A stretch of 62,763 nucleotides of DNA, filler included, from Rhabdomonas costata (lineage: Eukaryota), in assembly GCA_019059605.1 (NCBI GenBank). It is 40 parts of 40 records of this genome, joined end to end, with 100 filler letters (N's around TTAATTAATTAA, not from the genome) between each part and the next. Parts side by side here need not be neighbours in the genome. Positions count along the whole stretch, not along the records: positions 47,153 to 48,623 come from JAHMHO010015082.1; positions 48,724 to 50,194 come from JAHMHO010015083.1; positions 50,295 to 51,765 come from JAHMHO010015084.1; positions 51,866 to 53,336 come from JAHMHO010015085.1; positions 53,437 to 54,908 come from JAHMHO010015086.1; positions 55,009 to 56,482 come from JAHMHO010015087.1; positions 56,583 to 58,053 come from JAHMHO010015088.1; positions 58,154 to 59,624 come from JAHMHO010015089.1; 32 more parts are not named here. One strand, 5' to 3'. The position numbers were made by a program, and so were the translations under genes. The notes under the pieces were generated by a model. It worked only from the letters and a program-made list of their open reading frames with translations, had not been told where the DNA came from and ran no database searches. Shown piece by piece: positions 47,448 through 59,848 of this stretch. The number at the start of each line of letters is the position of its first letter. Positions within the stretch are counted from its first letter, which is position 1.

Positions 47448-48510
47448 CTGTGGGTGGACTGGAAGGTTCCGAATAGCCGCACGATGAAGGGGTGCCGCAG
47501 ACGTAGCAGGGTGTCCCGCTCCGCAAACACGTCCTGCACCCGGGCGCTCTGATGCACACGGGCCTTCTCCACGACCTTTAGCGCCAGCAGCTCCTCCGTG
47601 CCCGCCTTGCACACCACATACACCTGAAATGCACACCACACAGCAAGAAAAACAATGTGGTGCCTTGACAGGACGACTCGAGCTTCACTTGCCCCTCTGG
47701 GTTCCCAAACCCCGACGGGGCGTGGGCCCATCGGGCCTTCTGGGTACCCAACCTTCTGCGCTCCACTTCTGGAGTTGTAGGTGGCATGAATTTCACCAAA
47801 AGACAGCACTCCACCCCAACGGAGACGAGAAAGACAGGCCTGCGGGTCGCAAGCCATTCACCCTGACAATAGAGCCGGAGGGCATCCCTGCGGTACTCAA
47901 CTACAGAGAGGACGGCACACATGGTACCCGAAGGAGGCGCAAAACACCGAGGAAGAATATTGAAACTCCAGGCCTACAGTGCTCCAAAGGTGGGACAACG
48001 CACACAATCGCACCGGCGACGTCTCCGCCCCCAAAAGGTCAAGACCGATACTGAAGGGGAAATGCCCGCATGCTCCCCTTACATATATGAAGAGAGCATA
48101 CCACGGCATCAAGCACTTTTTCCTTGCTGCTCACATGGAAGCTATGCCGAAGCAACGTCCGTTTCGTCTTCGTCCCCTCAAGTTTGGAGCCCATATTCCT
48201 AAAAAAAAAAATGCAAAATACATAAAAACTCAAGAATACATGCAACACAGCCACGCTCACACACACAGGTGCGAGCGCGCTGAGAAAGAGAGATAGAGAG
48301 GGAGGGAGGGAGAGACCGTTGAGAACCCCCCGTGCCCCACCGGCTTAAGGATGCGGTAGTCCCGCAGGTGGAGGGCCTCCTGGGAGTCCCCAGAGGTCGC
48401 CTTCCCCGCCGTGGGGCCCATCGAAGAGGCTTCCATGGAGTCGTCATCGGCCTCCTCGGCCAGGCTGCTGAGCTTGCTCCACACATACCTCAGCATGGAC
48501 GCGGGCGTCC
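47448..48510 (-). CDS. AGC-group Ser/Thr kinase N-lobe (exons ~48510-48317, 47623-~47448)
   Basis: LRDYRILKPVGHGGFST|VYVVCK...LLALKVVEK...FAERDTLLRLRHPFIVRLFGTFQ. Confidence 0.9.
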
Positions 48511-50334
48511 TCAGGTATGCATTCACCCTCCCTCCAGTACGGAGGAACAGAGGGGTGTATACTCGAGAGGGGAACCAAAAAAGTTGGGGTGCAGAGGAAA
48601 AAGAAGCAAGGGCCACACCAACANNNNNNNNNNNNNNNNNNNNNNNNNNNNNNNNNNNNNNNNNNNNTTAATTAATTAANNNNNNNNNNNNNNNNNNNNN
48701 NNNNNNNNNNNNNNNNNNNNNNNGTTTTTGGGGTAAGAACGGAAGCGCCCACCTGCTTAGAAACTTTGATCGTGCGCCCCTCTGCGCAACTGTCACCCGT
48801 GGACTTACGTGTTTCTTGGCCGTTGTGGGTGCTTCCGTTCTTACCCTGAAAAACAAAAGTTTCCGCTAGGAAACCTAAAGTTACACAAATACAGAAGTTT
48901 TGCACGCACAAAAAGCAAACGCAACGACACTGTTGATGTGGCTTCTCATCTCGCTCTCAAGTAAAATAAGGCAGACTCTGCCGATGCCGAAGCTAAAGAA
49001 ACACAAGCAATGCAGCCGTATCCAACCTTCACAAACACCTCTACCCTTAATTCCTACTTTCTGCGCATTTTTCTGCTTTGTCCGAACACTTCAACTTCTT
49101 TGATGACTTGCTGGCACAATGCCTCCGTGCGGTTTTTAAACAACGCTTCCCAGTGAATTTGAATATCATCCCCTTTAGCTGTGCCGGAGATAGAGGGAGA
49201 GGGAGAGGTGTTGCGTACTCGGGTGGACGCCCGCGCCACAAAAGCAATATTCTTGCCCGCATTGGCGACTGACGCAAGCAAAAAAAAAGCTCCCTGGGAA
49301 GACCTTCGTGAGCAGCTCAACGCAGCAACTGAAATCCAAAAGCACGATCCGTAGAAGCTCACGCGTTTAGGGGCACTATCAAAACCTCGCGCTTTGGCAG
49401 CAAATATCACCCCGCCAAGCTGACCGATCGGTCCGGCAGAGTTCAGCTGAGCGTCGCAGCTGAAAAGAAACAGGTGGAATTCGACCAACCTTCTTACCTT
49501 TCATACTTTACCACACAGAACGCGAAGTGCTTTCTGATTGAGATTGAAGCTGCTGGACCAGACACAACGTCCACCATTCTCCCGACATGCCGAAACTCCA
49601 ATGTCACAGGTACAAGATTTTTCAGTTTTTTGGTGTAACATTTTCGAACAGAACCCAACTAGCAATCGGTTGAGAAAGTTCGAAAAAGTTTCCAGTGAGC
49701 CCATTGAACATCTTCATTCATTGACTTGCTAAACGCCCACCAGATTCACGTCAACACTAAACTCAGCAACGCGTTTGAACAGAAACGCATGAAGCCATAC
49801 ATGACGCAGAAGCTAAACCACGGGAGACTAGAATTCGGCTCACTGTGGGTGATGGCAAAGAATCACAGCCCAAACCCAAAAGCGTGCAAACCCCCACAGC
49901 TTCCAGAAGAGCTTGGGTGGATAGAACCGAAGACATGGAGCCGCACAAGTTCCCCACAGCATTCTGGCATAGCGCAAATACAAGCCTCGAACTGAGCCAG
50001 GAAACCCTTGTGGCAGCAGTTGCAAGGCAACACTATTCCAAGTCCATCGCTTGAAACGGTGGAGAAGCGAGCCCTGACCCCAGCGAAACGAAAATTGATT
50101 TCGTTCTACGGTCTTCAGTTCGCCATTGTTCAAAAGAACCAAAGATCTCGACTTTATGAACAGTGTCAGCGAGGGCTTCTTTGATGACTCCCCANNNNNN
50201 NNNNNNNNNNNNNNNNNNNNNNNNNNNNNNNNNNNNNNTTAATTAATTAANNNNNNNNNNNNNNNNNNNNNNNNNNNNNNNNNNNNNNNNNNNNGGTGTT
50301 GTTGCCCGTTCTGCTCCACGTAGGTTGGTGGTCT

Positions 50335-50372
50335 AAGTCTCGACTTGAAGTCCTCGACTTGAAGTCCTCGAT
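50335..50372 (+). repeat. Short 14-bp tandem repeat (AAGTCCTCGACTTG, ~2.7 copies)
   Basis: aagtctcgacttg aagtcctcgacttg aagtcctcgat. Confidence 0.75.
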
Positions 50373-50512
50373 GATGAAGACCTATCCTCGAACTCGCGCT
50401 GGGGGGAGTTGAAGAAAATTCTTGTGCCCCTACCGCAGCTGGACCGCTGGATCGGAATCCAGCCTTCGCTCATCTGTTCTCACGATTTACCCTTATTCCC
50501 GTCTTGGCTCAG

Positions 50513-51765
50513 TGGACTGTGGGGCGCCGGGCAGCCCTGTGGACTCCGCGGGGCTGAGCTGTGGGCTGGGCACGACCCTTGGGCAGCAGTGCAGCTTCGG
50601 ATGCCGCGAAGGGTACACCGGCGGGGGCACCCTGACCTGCATCGCCTCCCGGATGTGGGCACTCAACGGCAGCTGCACTGGTTTCTATGTGTGTATGCAT
50701 GTATGTCTTGGTGCCAGGATGTTGCCCCCAAGAATTGATATGGCGTTATTGCATTGTGATTGTCCCGCCCCAAGCAGTGAAGGAAAAGCTTTTGGTGTAG
50801 AAATCGTGGCGGTCAAGTGATCATGGAGTGAAAACGCGAATAAAAACGGGGAACAATATGCAACTTTTTTCAGCGCATTCATTTTGATCTGTTCGTTGGG
50901 AAGAAGCCAGAGCCCCGTTCTCAACGGACGTTCCGCTGCGGGTTCGAACATGAAGGTGCATTTCTGCTAAGCGTCACTTCTTAGGACCGGTGAAATGGGT
51001 TGTTGGAGTGCTGGGGCATTCGGTTTGTGTATGTATCGGATATCGTTGTCAATGGCATACTTCCCTCCGATTCTGGCAGCCCTTGTTTTTTTTTTGTTTT
51101 GCCAAAACTGTCATGCTTTGATTTGCCTCCCTGTGAATCCTTGTTGTGTTTTTCGTGCAGTGGTCGACTGTGGGGCTCCAGCTGTTCCCCCCAACGCCAC
51201 CTCCCCGTCATGCCTTTGGGGAACGACCTTCGGGCAGAGCTGCACGTTTGGCTGCCTGGAGGGCTTCGATGGTGGTGGCGAGCTGAACTGCCCCTCTACA
51301 GGGAAATGGAGCGCCAGTGGCGGCTGTGTGGGTGCGCCCACCCGCGCGACATGCTGCACTCCTCCCCCTTCTTTGCCGTTTGCTTCACTGATGTTTCCTG
51401 TTTTTCTGAAGGGCTTACCTGATCAGTCGGAGCCCATGGGAAGATTTGAAATTGTGATGTTGCTTCAGTTCGAACTCGCAAACCCAGTGCATTAACACCA
51501 CACATGAACCAGAGCTTCGATCTCGAAGTGAAGCAACCTCTGAAAACTCACGAAAACTCACGTTTTTGTGGTACCACAGCTTCCGGTTTCATCATTTCTT
51601 CTCATCCCACTTATTCTTGATCTCGTTTTATCGTGAACCAGTGCGAAGCACACGACCTTGGACATATGCTCCTTGCTCGGAGGCCCAGCTTCAAGCAGCA
51701 TGAGAACTCTTTGCCTGTGCTCCTCGCTCAGTGGACTGTGGCTCCCCAAGCTCTCCCCCAAACAA
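50513..51765 (+). CDS. Tandem Sushi/CCP (SCR) domain surface protein; exons 50513-50680, 51161-51331, 51732->51765
   Basis: VDCGAP...TTLGQQCSFGCREGYTGGGTLTCIASRMW...C and VDCGAP...TTFGQSCTFGCLEGFDGGGELNCPSTGKW...C: six-Cys selectin-like CCP pattern with conserved W. Confidence 0.88.
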
Positions 51766-52261
51766 NNNNNNNNNNNNNNNNNNNNNNNNNNNNNNNNNNN
51801 NNNNNNNNNTTAATTAATTAANNNNNNNNNNNNNNNNNNNNNNNNNNNNNNNNNNNNNNNNNNNNGTGTTGGTTGTTTGGTGTTGGGGGGGGCAGGCTGT
51901 TTTCCATCACAACAGCGACAACCGAAAACAAGGCCAAAGCAATATCTAGTATCCAGTGAATCAGAGGGGATGGAGAAGTGCAGAAGCGTGCGGAGTGGAA
52001 GAGCTGGAAGATTGGAAGAGATGGGAGAGCAATGAAAGAACATGGGTGGGAGGTTCGAGATAGTATGTCACGAAACTCTGGGAATAGGGCAAAGGAGGAC
52101 GTTTCCGAAAATGGCAACCAGCCAAACCTAACAAGACCGTTTTGGTTCATTTGTGAGGAGGCGAAAGATCGTTAAAAAAGTCTCTGAGAAGCCGTTGCGC
52201 CTAAAATCAGGACATGAGAAATGGAGCATTTTTTCGTGTATGTTTGTGGGATGGGGTTCAG

Positions 52262-53336
52262 CCTTCTGTTTGACATCGCCACGATGCTGATGGGGGAGAA
52301 AAAGGAACTCGAGGCCTTTCGGCTATTGAAGAGGGCGGCGGAGTTGCTCAAGGAGTGCGAGGCTAGGGCCAGGGCCTGCGCAGGGGAGATGGCGAGCGAT
52401 GAGCATTCCCTGGCCCTTCTTCCATGGAAACTCACCTCGCTAGATTGCCAGGTGCGGGGAAAAGGAGATTTGGATGCAAGACCACCTTTTTTGCAATGAT
52501 ATAATGCTGAGCGGGCCCCCCAAGCGCTCGCGGAAGTTCGGGCGGTCTTGCAGTTCGTTCATCGATAACATCCGTATGGGGTCAGTGAGTGTACGCTTCC
52601 TCTTGGTAGTTGGGTTTCAGTGTCGGATTTAGCTCGTCGTTGTCTTTTTTCATGGTGGATGTTTTTTAGGTACGCTTTACCGTGAACTTAACTATGGTTT
52701 TAATTTTATCGGAAACTTTATGCCTAGTAGTTGCAAAGAAAAAACTTCCTCGTCTGCGTCCCACCATCCTTCAAAATGACTGAAATTGGAAGCATAAATT
52801 CTTACTGATGAAGACTGTAACATCGCAGCACAACGTGACTTGCAATCTCTACCCTGAAAACGACCTTATTTATGCTGGGGAACTTATCTCCTCCTGTCTA
52901 CTCTCCAGTACTCCTCTCCTCTTTGTATCTGTGCGGCTATTGTGTGCGCCGGACTTTGAACAATGGAATGTTTGTGTTCACAGACTGTATGGTTTACGGT
53001 GGGGTTTTCTGGGGAATTTTGTTATTAATCAATGGTACCACTCACCCACCCCCACTCCCCCACCCAGCAGCGTTATCAGCACCGCCCATATCTGTGGACT
53101 GTCGTGGAGATTTGGTGAGGGATGGAGGCTGACACTCATCCGCTGGCCCACTCTCGCAGGTCAAAGAACTGATGTCCCAAGTCCCGCAGTTGGAGGACGA
53201 GAGCAAGCCTGTCAATGAGATTGTGCTGAGCTGCGCCTCGCAGCTGTGGGAAAAGGGCGACGCGGAGGAGAAGCTGAAAAACTACGCCCGGGCACACCCC
53301 TTCTACAGCAAGGCGCCTACCACCACACGCTCGCCC
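52262..53336 (+). CDS. Helical protein resembling the ATG1/ULK C-terminal tandem MIT region (exons 52262-52451, 53160->53336)
   Basis: LEAFRLLKRAAELL... and NEIVLSCASQLWEKGDAEEKLKNYARAHPFYSKA resemble ATG1 C-terminal EIIxxxALxxxxxGxxxExxxxxxxAxxxYSKA. Confidence 0.5.
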
Positions 53337-53436
53337 NNNNNNNNNNNNNNNNNNNNNNNNNNNNNNNNNNNNNNNNNNNNTTAATTAATTAANNNNNNNN
53401 NNNNNNNNNNNNNNNNNNNNNNNNNNNNNNNNNNNN

Positions 53437-53521
53437 GTTAGCGTTAGCGTTAGCGTTAGCGTTAGCGTTAGCGTTAGCGTTAGCGTTAGCGTTAGCGTTA
53501 GGGATACGGTTAGGGTTAGGG
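53437..53521 (+). repeat. Telomere-like array: (TTAGCG)10 grading into TTAGGG units
   Basis: Ten perfect TTAGCG (53438-53497), then TTAGGG ATACGG TTAGGG TTAGGG. Confidence 0.92.
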
Positions 53522-54099
53522 TTCCTGGCCGTGGGTACAATTCTAAAGTAATGCCGAATGTTACTATGCATGTTACGAAGGATTCCACTCACGTGGAGGG
53601 TGAATTAACAGCAGAGAACTGGCGCTTGCTCTCTGGCAGGTGGCTCGCAGGTCCCAGGCCTCATCCATGTCGTAAGCAGAGACTCAATTGCCCCCGACAC
53701 CTTAATAACGAGAGTTCTCGAGCCCGAAGGAGGCCTTTTTTTACCATACAGGGGATTTCCGTGTGAAAATCGTGCTGTGGAATTTCAGTAGAAATGCTGG
53801 TCTGAACAGCCTGGTTGTTGTTTACGGTTATTCGAACAGGCGGCGTACTGACATGTTTTTCTCGCGCGGTGCGCGACTTCGTCCGGGGGGGGGGGGTCTA
53901 AGGAATTTGCCAGCCTTTTTAGAACGTTAGAACGACTTTTTGCCGTGGTTAAATCTCGCCTTGAGGTTCCGTTGCCAGTTTTCAGTATAAGTTGTTAAGC
54001 ACCCCCCCTCCCAAAAAAAACAAATGCTCTGGACCCCACTCTTTTATTTTTATCTTGTGGGGGGGGGGGGTCGGGTTCGTGTGCCTTGGCTTCTCACAG

Positions 54100-54884
54100 G
54101 AACGGAGAGCTTTGAGATTTGCCGGTCTGCGCTGAGGTTCCTCGCCGCTGTGGGTGTGCGATCAGTCCTCTTTCATTGCATGAGGTCGAATGGTGAATCC
54201 GCGGTTGAGCTGGAACGGGGCAGCTCTCAAAAAGCACTCTGTGAAGGGACATGTAGAAATGAAGGGGTATTTACGCTGCAATGCTCTGGGGCTCTGCTCT
54301 TGTCTTTGCATTTTGTATGGACGTGCATTCCAACAACAATAACTCCCCAGGGCGAGTTGCACGGACCCAGGTCGCCACGGCCTGCGTGAACATGATCTGC
54401 TCCCTGCCCACGTTCGGCGCTGGCACCGCAGAAATGACGAAGCTGGTGCGTTTTGCGGGTATTCGCGGGAAAGTGGACAGGTCCTTCATATCATCTCCAG
54501 AAAAAAATCTGCAAAGCACAAAATGCTTCTCGCAAATACCCCCACCCTCACGGTTCGGCGACAGAAAGGGTCCAACCACTGCCATATGTATGGCTGGGTT
54601 TCTGTATTACTGTTTTCTCAGCATAATACCTGCTTACTCTGGAATGAACCTTTGCGGCTCCAGACCCATTGCTTTCCTTTGCACGGAGACATTATTGGGG
54701 TGGGGCTTTCGCGGTTTTTTTATGCGGGGGCTTGCCCCAGATTCTGGTCGAGCTGCTTCCTCTGGTGATGACCGCCCACGAGGACTTCCCCGAGGCTGAA
54801 GGCGGGACTGCCGAGTCCACGGACGCACCTCCCATGTCTCGCCTCTTCGTAGCGATTCTGCTGCTGCTGCGGCACGACTTCAAG
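54100..54884 (+). CDS. Unknown alpha-helical (HEAT/ARM-like) protein; exons 54100-54153, 54351-54445, 54741-54884
   Basis: ESFEICRSALRFLAAV|GRVARTQVATACVNMIC...KL|ILVELLPLVM...SRLFVAILLLLRHDFK; phases consistent. Confidence 0.6.
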
Positions 54885-55765
54885 GTTTTCCCCACCCCAC
54901 CCCACCCCNNNNNNNNNNNNNNNNNNNNNNNNNNNNNNNNNNNNNNNNNNNNTTAATTAATTAANNNNNNNNNNNNNNNNNNNNNNNNNNNNNNNNNNNN
55001 NNNNNNNNGGTTTTGTTGAATGGGCCCGGTTGTGTGGGTGTGTTGGTATCACATCGCATTCATACGAAGGCGGTGAAAGAAACTGGGTTTGGATAAAATA
55101 GGGCTCATGTATTCATGTATTCATTCTTTGGTCGCCAACTTCCCCAAGTTCTCTAAGGCGGTGTGCTGTTCACCCACTATGATCCGACATCGTCACAGGG
55201 CGGAGGCAAAGAAAAACGGACCTGAGGCTTTTTCAAAGCAAGCACTCGTTCTTTTGGGGGGCAATTTTGAAACTTGGCAACTCGCATCTCAAAAGTTCGC
55301 CCATCAGCTGTGATATAACTTCAAGCTCCTAACTCCAGGTTGCTCGTCCCGCTACCCAGGGATCAAAGGAAGCAAATTCCGATCACTTGCTTCTCTGCAC
55401 CAACTAGCGTGAGAGTCGAAAGCAACAACATGGAAGGTGCAAAATCAGAGAGAGAAGAGAGACAAAGAGAGTGAAAGAGAGAGAGAAAGGGGAGAACCTG
55501 GGAATACCGTGGAACACACGAGCCACTGCACAAAGAGAACGAGGGCACAGGAATGCCAAAGAGGTGTCCTGTGCTGCCGAGTAAAGATTGCCATGGTCAG
55601 TCTCTGCGACACTCGTCGCACGAAAGCCGTCTGCGTCAGACGCAGCACGTACAACAAAACTGTGGTGTTGAAAGAGGAAAACACACCGGGTACGGGATGC
55701 AAGCAGGCCATCGACAAGCATTGTGTCCCGACCACCACGGAGGCTCCTTCAGTCAACACAGAGAA

Positions 55766-55800
<35 letters not shown>

Positions 55801-56722
55801 GCACACTAACACTTAGCAACTAAAGCAACAGTGACAAAAGTCAAAGGGAAACAGGTCTGCCCCCGTTCACTCTGTCGCGCCTGCTGCCAACCCACCTGTG
55901 TCCAAGCCCAAAGCGAAGCATTTGGAGCTCTGAAAGGGAAGGTACTCGAAATTTGTCGGCGTCCTGGGAGGATTCTCAAGGACCCGGCCAGAAACCGACG
56001 TACACACAGACCCACGAAACACACAGAAGAACGCACGACACAGGGCACAGGGTCTGGAGGATGCGCAGAGCATGAACAAAGGATGGGCAAGAAAGAGCTA
56101 AACACCATCCGATGCCAGCAAAGCAACGGACCCTGGAGAGAAAGGAACACAACTCCACAACTGCTGACTGAGGTAAGGGAGAGAGGTCGTCAACGGGTGA
56201 GACTTTTTGAATGGGGTTGGACTTCCGCAGAACGGTGATGGATGGGACAAAAGACCGGAAATGTCTTTTCTTTCTTTGGGCAGTAAACTGCACCCCTCAT
56301 CCCAAACCCACAGAGTGAGAGCAGCAGCGCCAAGCCTTTTCAGCTCACTTCAGACACACGGGCCATACCCGCGGCGTCTGTTTTGGCCCATTCTATGAAA
56401 GGGATACTGGTCAGCAAACGCAACATAACCAACGCACCTACGCAACGTCAAAGAGAGAGGCGCCTGGGTATCCCAAGATCCTNNNNNNNNNNNNNNNNNN
56501 NNNNNNNNNNNNNNNNNNNNNNNNNNTTAATTAATTAANNNNNNNNNNNNNNNNNNNNNNNNNNNNNNNNNNNNNNNNNNNNGTGTGGGGTGTGTTGGGG
56601 TTGGGGTTGATGAGCATCTCTGTATGACAAGACAGTTTTGGCCTCCGTTTTCATTTGTTCCTTGCGGTAATGTGGTAGCTCAGCCCTGCTTTCGTTTGCA
56701 CCAAAACTGAAAAAAAAAACAG

Positions 56723-57952
56723 GACGCTCAGTCGGCGGAGAAGGTGGAGGTCCTGAGGAACGAGATTGAGGTATTGAAGGCCCTCTCCCACGAAAACATT
56801 GTGCAGTATCTGGGCACGGAGAAGTCCCGCAAGCACCTCATCATCCTCCTTGGTGTGCCACCAACCTCCCCCTTTCCCCAAACCTCGGTGCACTTTTCGG
56901 ACCTTTTCAGGCAAACTGAGCCTAGGCTTTCGGCCGGGCCTGCTTAGCATACCTATGGATAGTACTTCCTGCTGGTATCGTGGTGGGCCGGAATGCTTGT
57001 GTTTAGAGACACGCTAGAGGCCATTTAAGGGCCAGTTTTGGGTGTACTTGGTGACCTTTTTTTGTGGCCTTTACACAGGCTTGGAGGGACCTTTTTTTTC
57101 GCGCTTGTTGTTGTACATCGGTCTTGGGGTTTTGTGATAAGAGAGAGAACTGTAGGCTGGCACACCGTCCGCCCACCTGCACACCAATTTGCTTGCCCTA
57201 ATTTTTCAGTTTGTTTCTAGTTTCGATCCCCTCACTTCTTCCCGTTTTCCTCGTCTTGTTGCATTTTTTTCCTCTCCAGAGTACGTACCAGGAGGATGCA
57301 TCGCCACCCTGCTGAGGAAGTTCGGAGCCTTTGGAGAGAGCGTCGTGCGGGTGTACTCCATCCAGGTCGCCCCACAAGAAGCAATCAGAAAAGAAAGAAA
57401 GGATGGCAGAGTTTTATGGTTCCGTGTTTGTAGACGCATCCCCAACGACCGGTTCCCTCTTCCTTACTTTAATGAATTACACATGCGACCGATGATACCT
57501 TCTGTGACTGCACCTAGCACCTCGAAACTTAAACGTGACCACAAGTCGGATACAGGTCGACGTGGACCACTGTTTTCAGTTTTTTGGTCAGGCTTTCCAA
57601 TGAATTGTGGCCTGGCATTATTATTTGCCCTTCTTCTCTTTTCATATAAAGGTTTATTTTCTCTCCGCTCTTGCAGGTGCTGATGGGATTGAGCTACCTT
57701 CACTCCAAGAACGTGCTGCACCGCGACGTACGCGGTATACCGCCCCCCCCCCTTCTAGAGCAATTTTTGCGCTCGTGCCATCGTCACCGCTGGATACGTT
57801 CTGTTCTTGGACGCAGCATAACTCCCTTGATTGCACCCCTCTGCTTGGGTAAGGCTTCTGTTAGCCTTTCTTTTGTGTGGCTAAAGGGGCCAACATTCTG
57901 ATCTCCGACCGTGGAGAGGCCAAGCTGGCAGACTTCGGGACATCCATCCGAG
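56723..57952 (+). CDS. STE11-family MAP kinase kinase kinase catalytic domain (exons 56723-56852, 57280-57365, 57677-57734, 57887-57952)
   Basis: LRNEIEVLKALSHENIVQYLG...IILL|EYVPGGCIATLLRKFGAFGESVVRVYSIQ|VLMGLSYLHSKNVLHRDVR|GANILISDRGEAKLADFG. Confidence 0.92.
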
Positions 57953-58438
57953 GTTTTCGCGGCACTCGGCAGCCGTCAGATCCAAAGTGTGTCCTTGCTC
58001 GTGTTATCAGTGGGGATCTACGCTGATCAGTGTCCCCCCCCCACCCCAACCACNNNNNNNNNNNNNNNNNNNNNNNNNNNNNNNNNNNNNNNNNNNNTTA
58101 ATTAATTAANNNNNNNNNNNNNNNNNNNNNNNNNNNNNNNNNNNNNNNNNNNNGTGGGGGGGGTGCGGCAGAAGCTGTTTTCGGTTATTGCGGCGCTGCT
58201 TCAGGTTCTTGTTTTGGAGGGGCGGAGAGAATCTGATATATCTTGCTTATAAGAGCGATGAGGGGCTCGCTGAAATGCTTCTGAGAAGCGGAAGGCAGGC
58301 CCCTGCAGTGTTTGATTTTTAAAACTGAAAGCGGTGTGCCCTGCGCCGGTTGTTGGTTTGTCTATTTATCTGTCGAAGATCGGGGGATAATTCTCCGAAC
58401 ACAAGAGGGGAGTCATTTTCATTGTACGTGTGTTGCAG

Positions 58439-58528
58439 TTTTCGCCGACGGAAACCCAGGCTGTGTATCGGGCGAACTCTGACCTGGACCCGCAGAGGCC
58501 GGACGCCCTGGCAACGATTGCGAATGTG
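58439..58528 (+). CDS. Isolated 90-nt exon of an unknown protein
   Basis: CAG|FSPTETQAVYRANSDLDPQRPDALATIANV|GTGAAC. Confidence 0.4.
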
Positions 58529-59848
58529 GTGAACATGCTTCTGGGCTCACCCTAACCCCAGCCTACTTTGTGGCCCCGCTTCGGTTGCGGGTGGGGAGGA
58601 GGGCAGATGGAAGGGTCGCACGAAAGGTTGTCCGGCTCCCCATTTGGCACCACCCAGCTTGGCGGGGGGCGATCACACCAGCTCTGATTCGTTGGAATAC
58701 AACAGTTGCCGCTGAACTTCTTGGAAATGCTGTGCTGTGGTTGGTAGCCGGAGTTTTGGATGTGGACCAATCTATGGGTTGCGGTTCATCGCAGCCGGAG
58801 GCGTGTATTGTGTTGTGATGCACGCTCTGGGTTTCGGGCGCCTCCCACACCGAACGATGACCCTGAGCTGGGTTCTTGTATTGTTATCCTTAATGTCGTG
58901 TTGCTTTCTGTCACAGCTGTTTACCGGAGAGGTTGGACAAAGGGGGAAAACAGAATGAGACAATGGTGGTAAATTGTCGATTGTGTATTGCCTTTTCGTC
59001 TCTGGAAAAACCACCGTTCTTTCTATAAAAAAGCCAAAGAGCGCACCGAAGCGAAATAACTTTTTGGGCTTCATACGGCTGCTCTTCTTTTTTTTCTCTT
59101 CAAAGGGAAAAAGAAGAGCAGCGTTACATGGGTGGGAAATTTTCCCTCAGCTTGGCGCTTTGTCGGGTTATTTGCTTCTGCGAAAATGTCGAGCGACAAC
59201 AACGCTGTAATCGTATTGAGCAGGCAACGAAGTTCGAGCACATCTCCATCGAGGACGGGGTTATGGGTCAGTACAGCGCGAACCCTGACCCAACTTAGGA
59301 AGTCTCATGCCAATTACGGGCTTGATGCGTTGATTTTTTTATGTTCACAATACGCCCGTCGAGATGGACACGACCTACAGCCGCCTGGGGCCCCAGTCGT
59401 ACAAGGCGGCAAAGAATCAGTGGCACATCAAATAAAAGTGTGCCAAAAATGGTCTTGGTGATGGACACGAAGGGTTCCATCGGCGGCATCACCCTGGACA
59501 TGCCTACGGCCTCGGCGCTTCTCACTTTGACACCTGAAATGTTTCAGGCGGGACAAGGAATTCCACGCGCGCACACATGCATCCCGCACACATCCTCCCA
59601 AACACATCAAACACTCCTAACACANNNNNNNNNNNNNNNNNNNNNNNNNNNNNNNNNNNNNNNNNNNNTTAATTAATTAANNNNNNNNNNNNNNNNNNNN
59701 NNNNNNNNNNNNNNNNNNNNNNNNGTTGTTGGGGTCGGCGTCCACTACCGACGCACAATTCGGGTTTGTTGCTCAGTTCTTTGACTTTTGGGTGGGGCAG
59801 CCATTGTCTTTTTTATTGTTTTTACCCCCCCCCCCCATCGGTGACAAG

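Noticed and set aside
48724-50194. Possible retroelement/RNase H remnant on the minus strand
   Set aside because: Only vague resemblance, multiple stops, no diagnostic motif
53385-53592. ORFs with (TL)n or (AN)n repeats
   Set aside because: Translations of the TTAGCG array, not proteins
55445-56150. Several short minus-strand exon candidates (possibly WD40-like)
   Set aside because: Could not build a frame-consistent model with a recognisable domain
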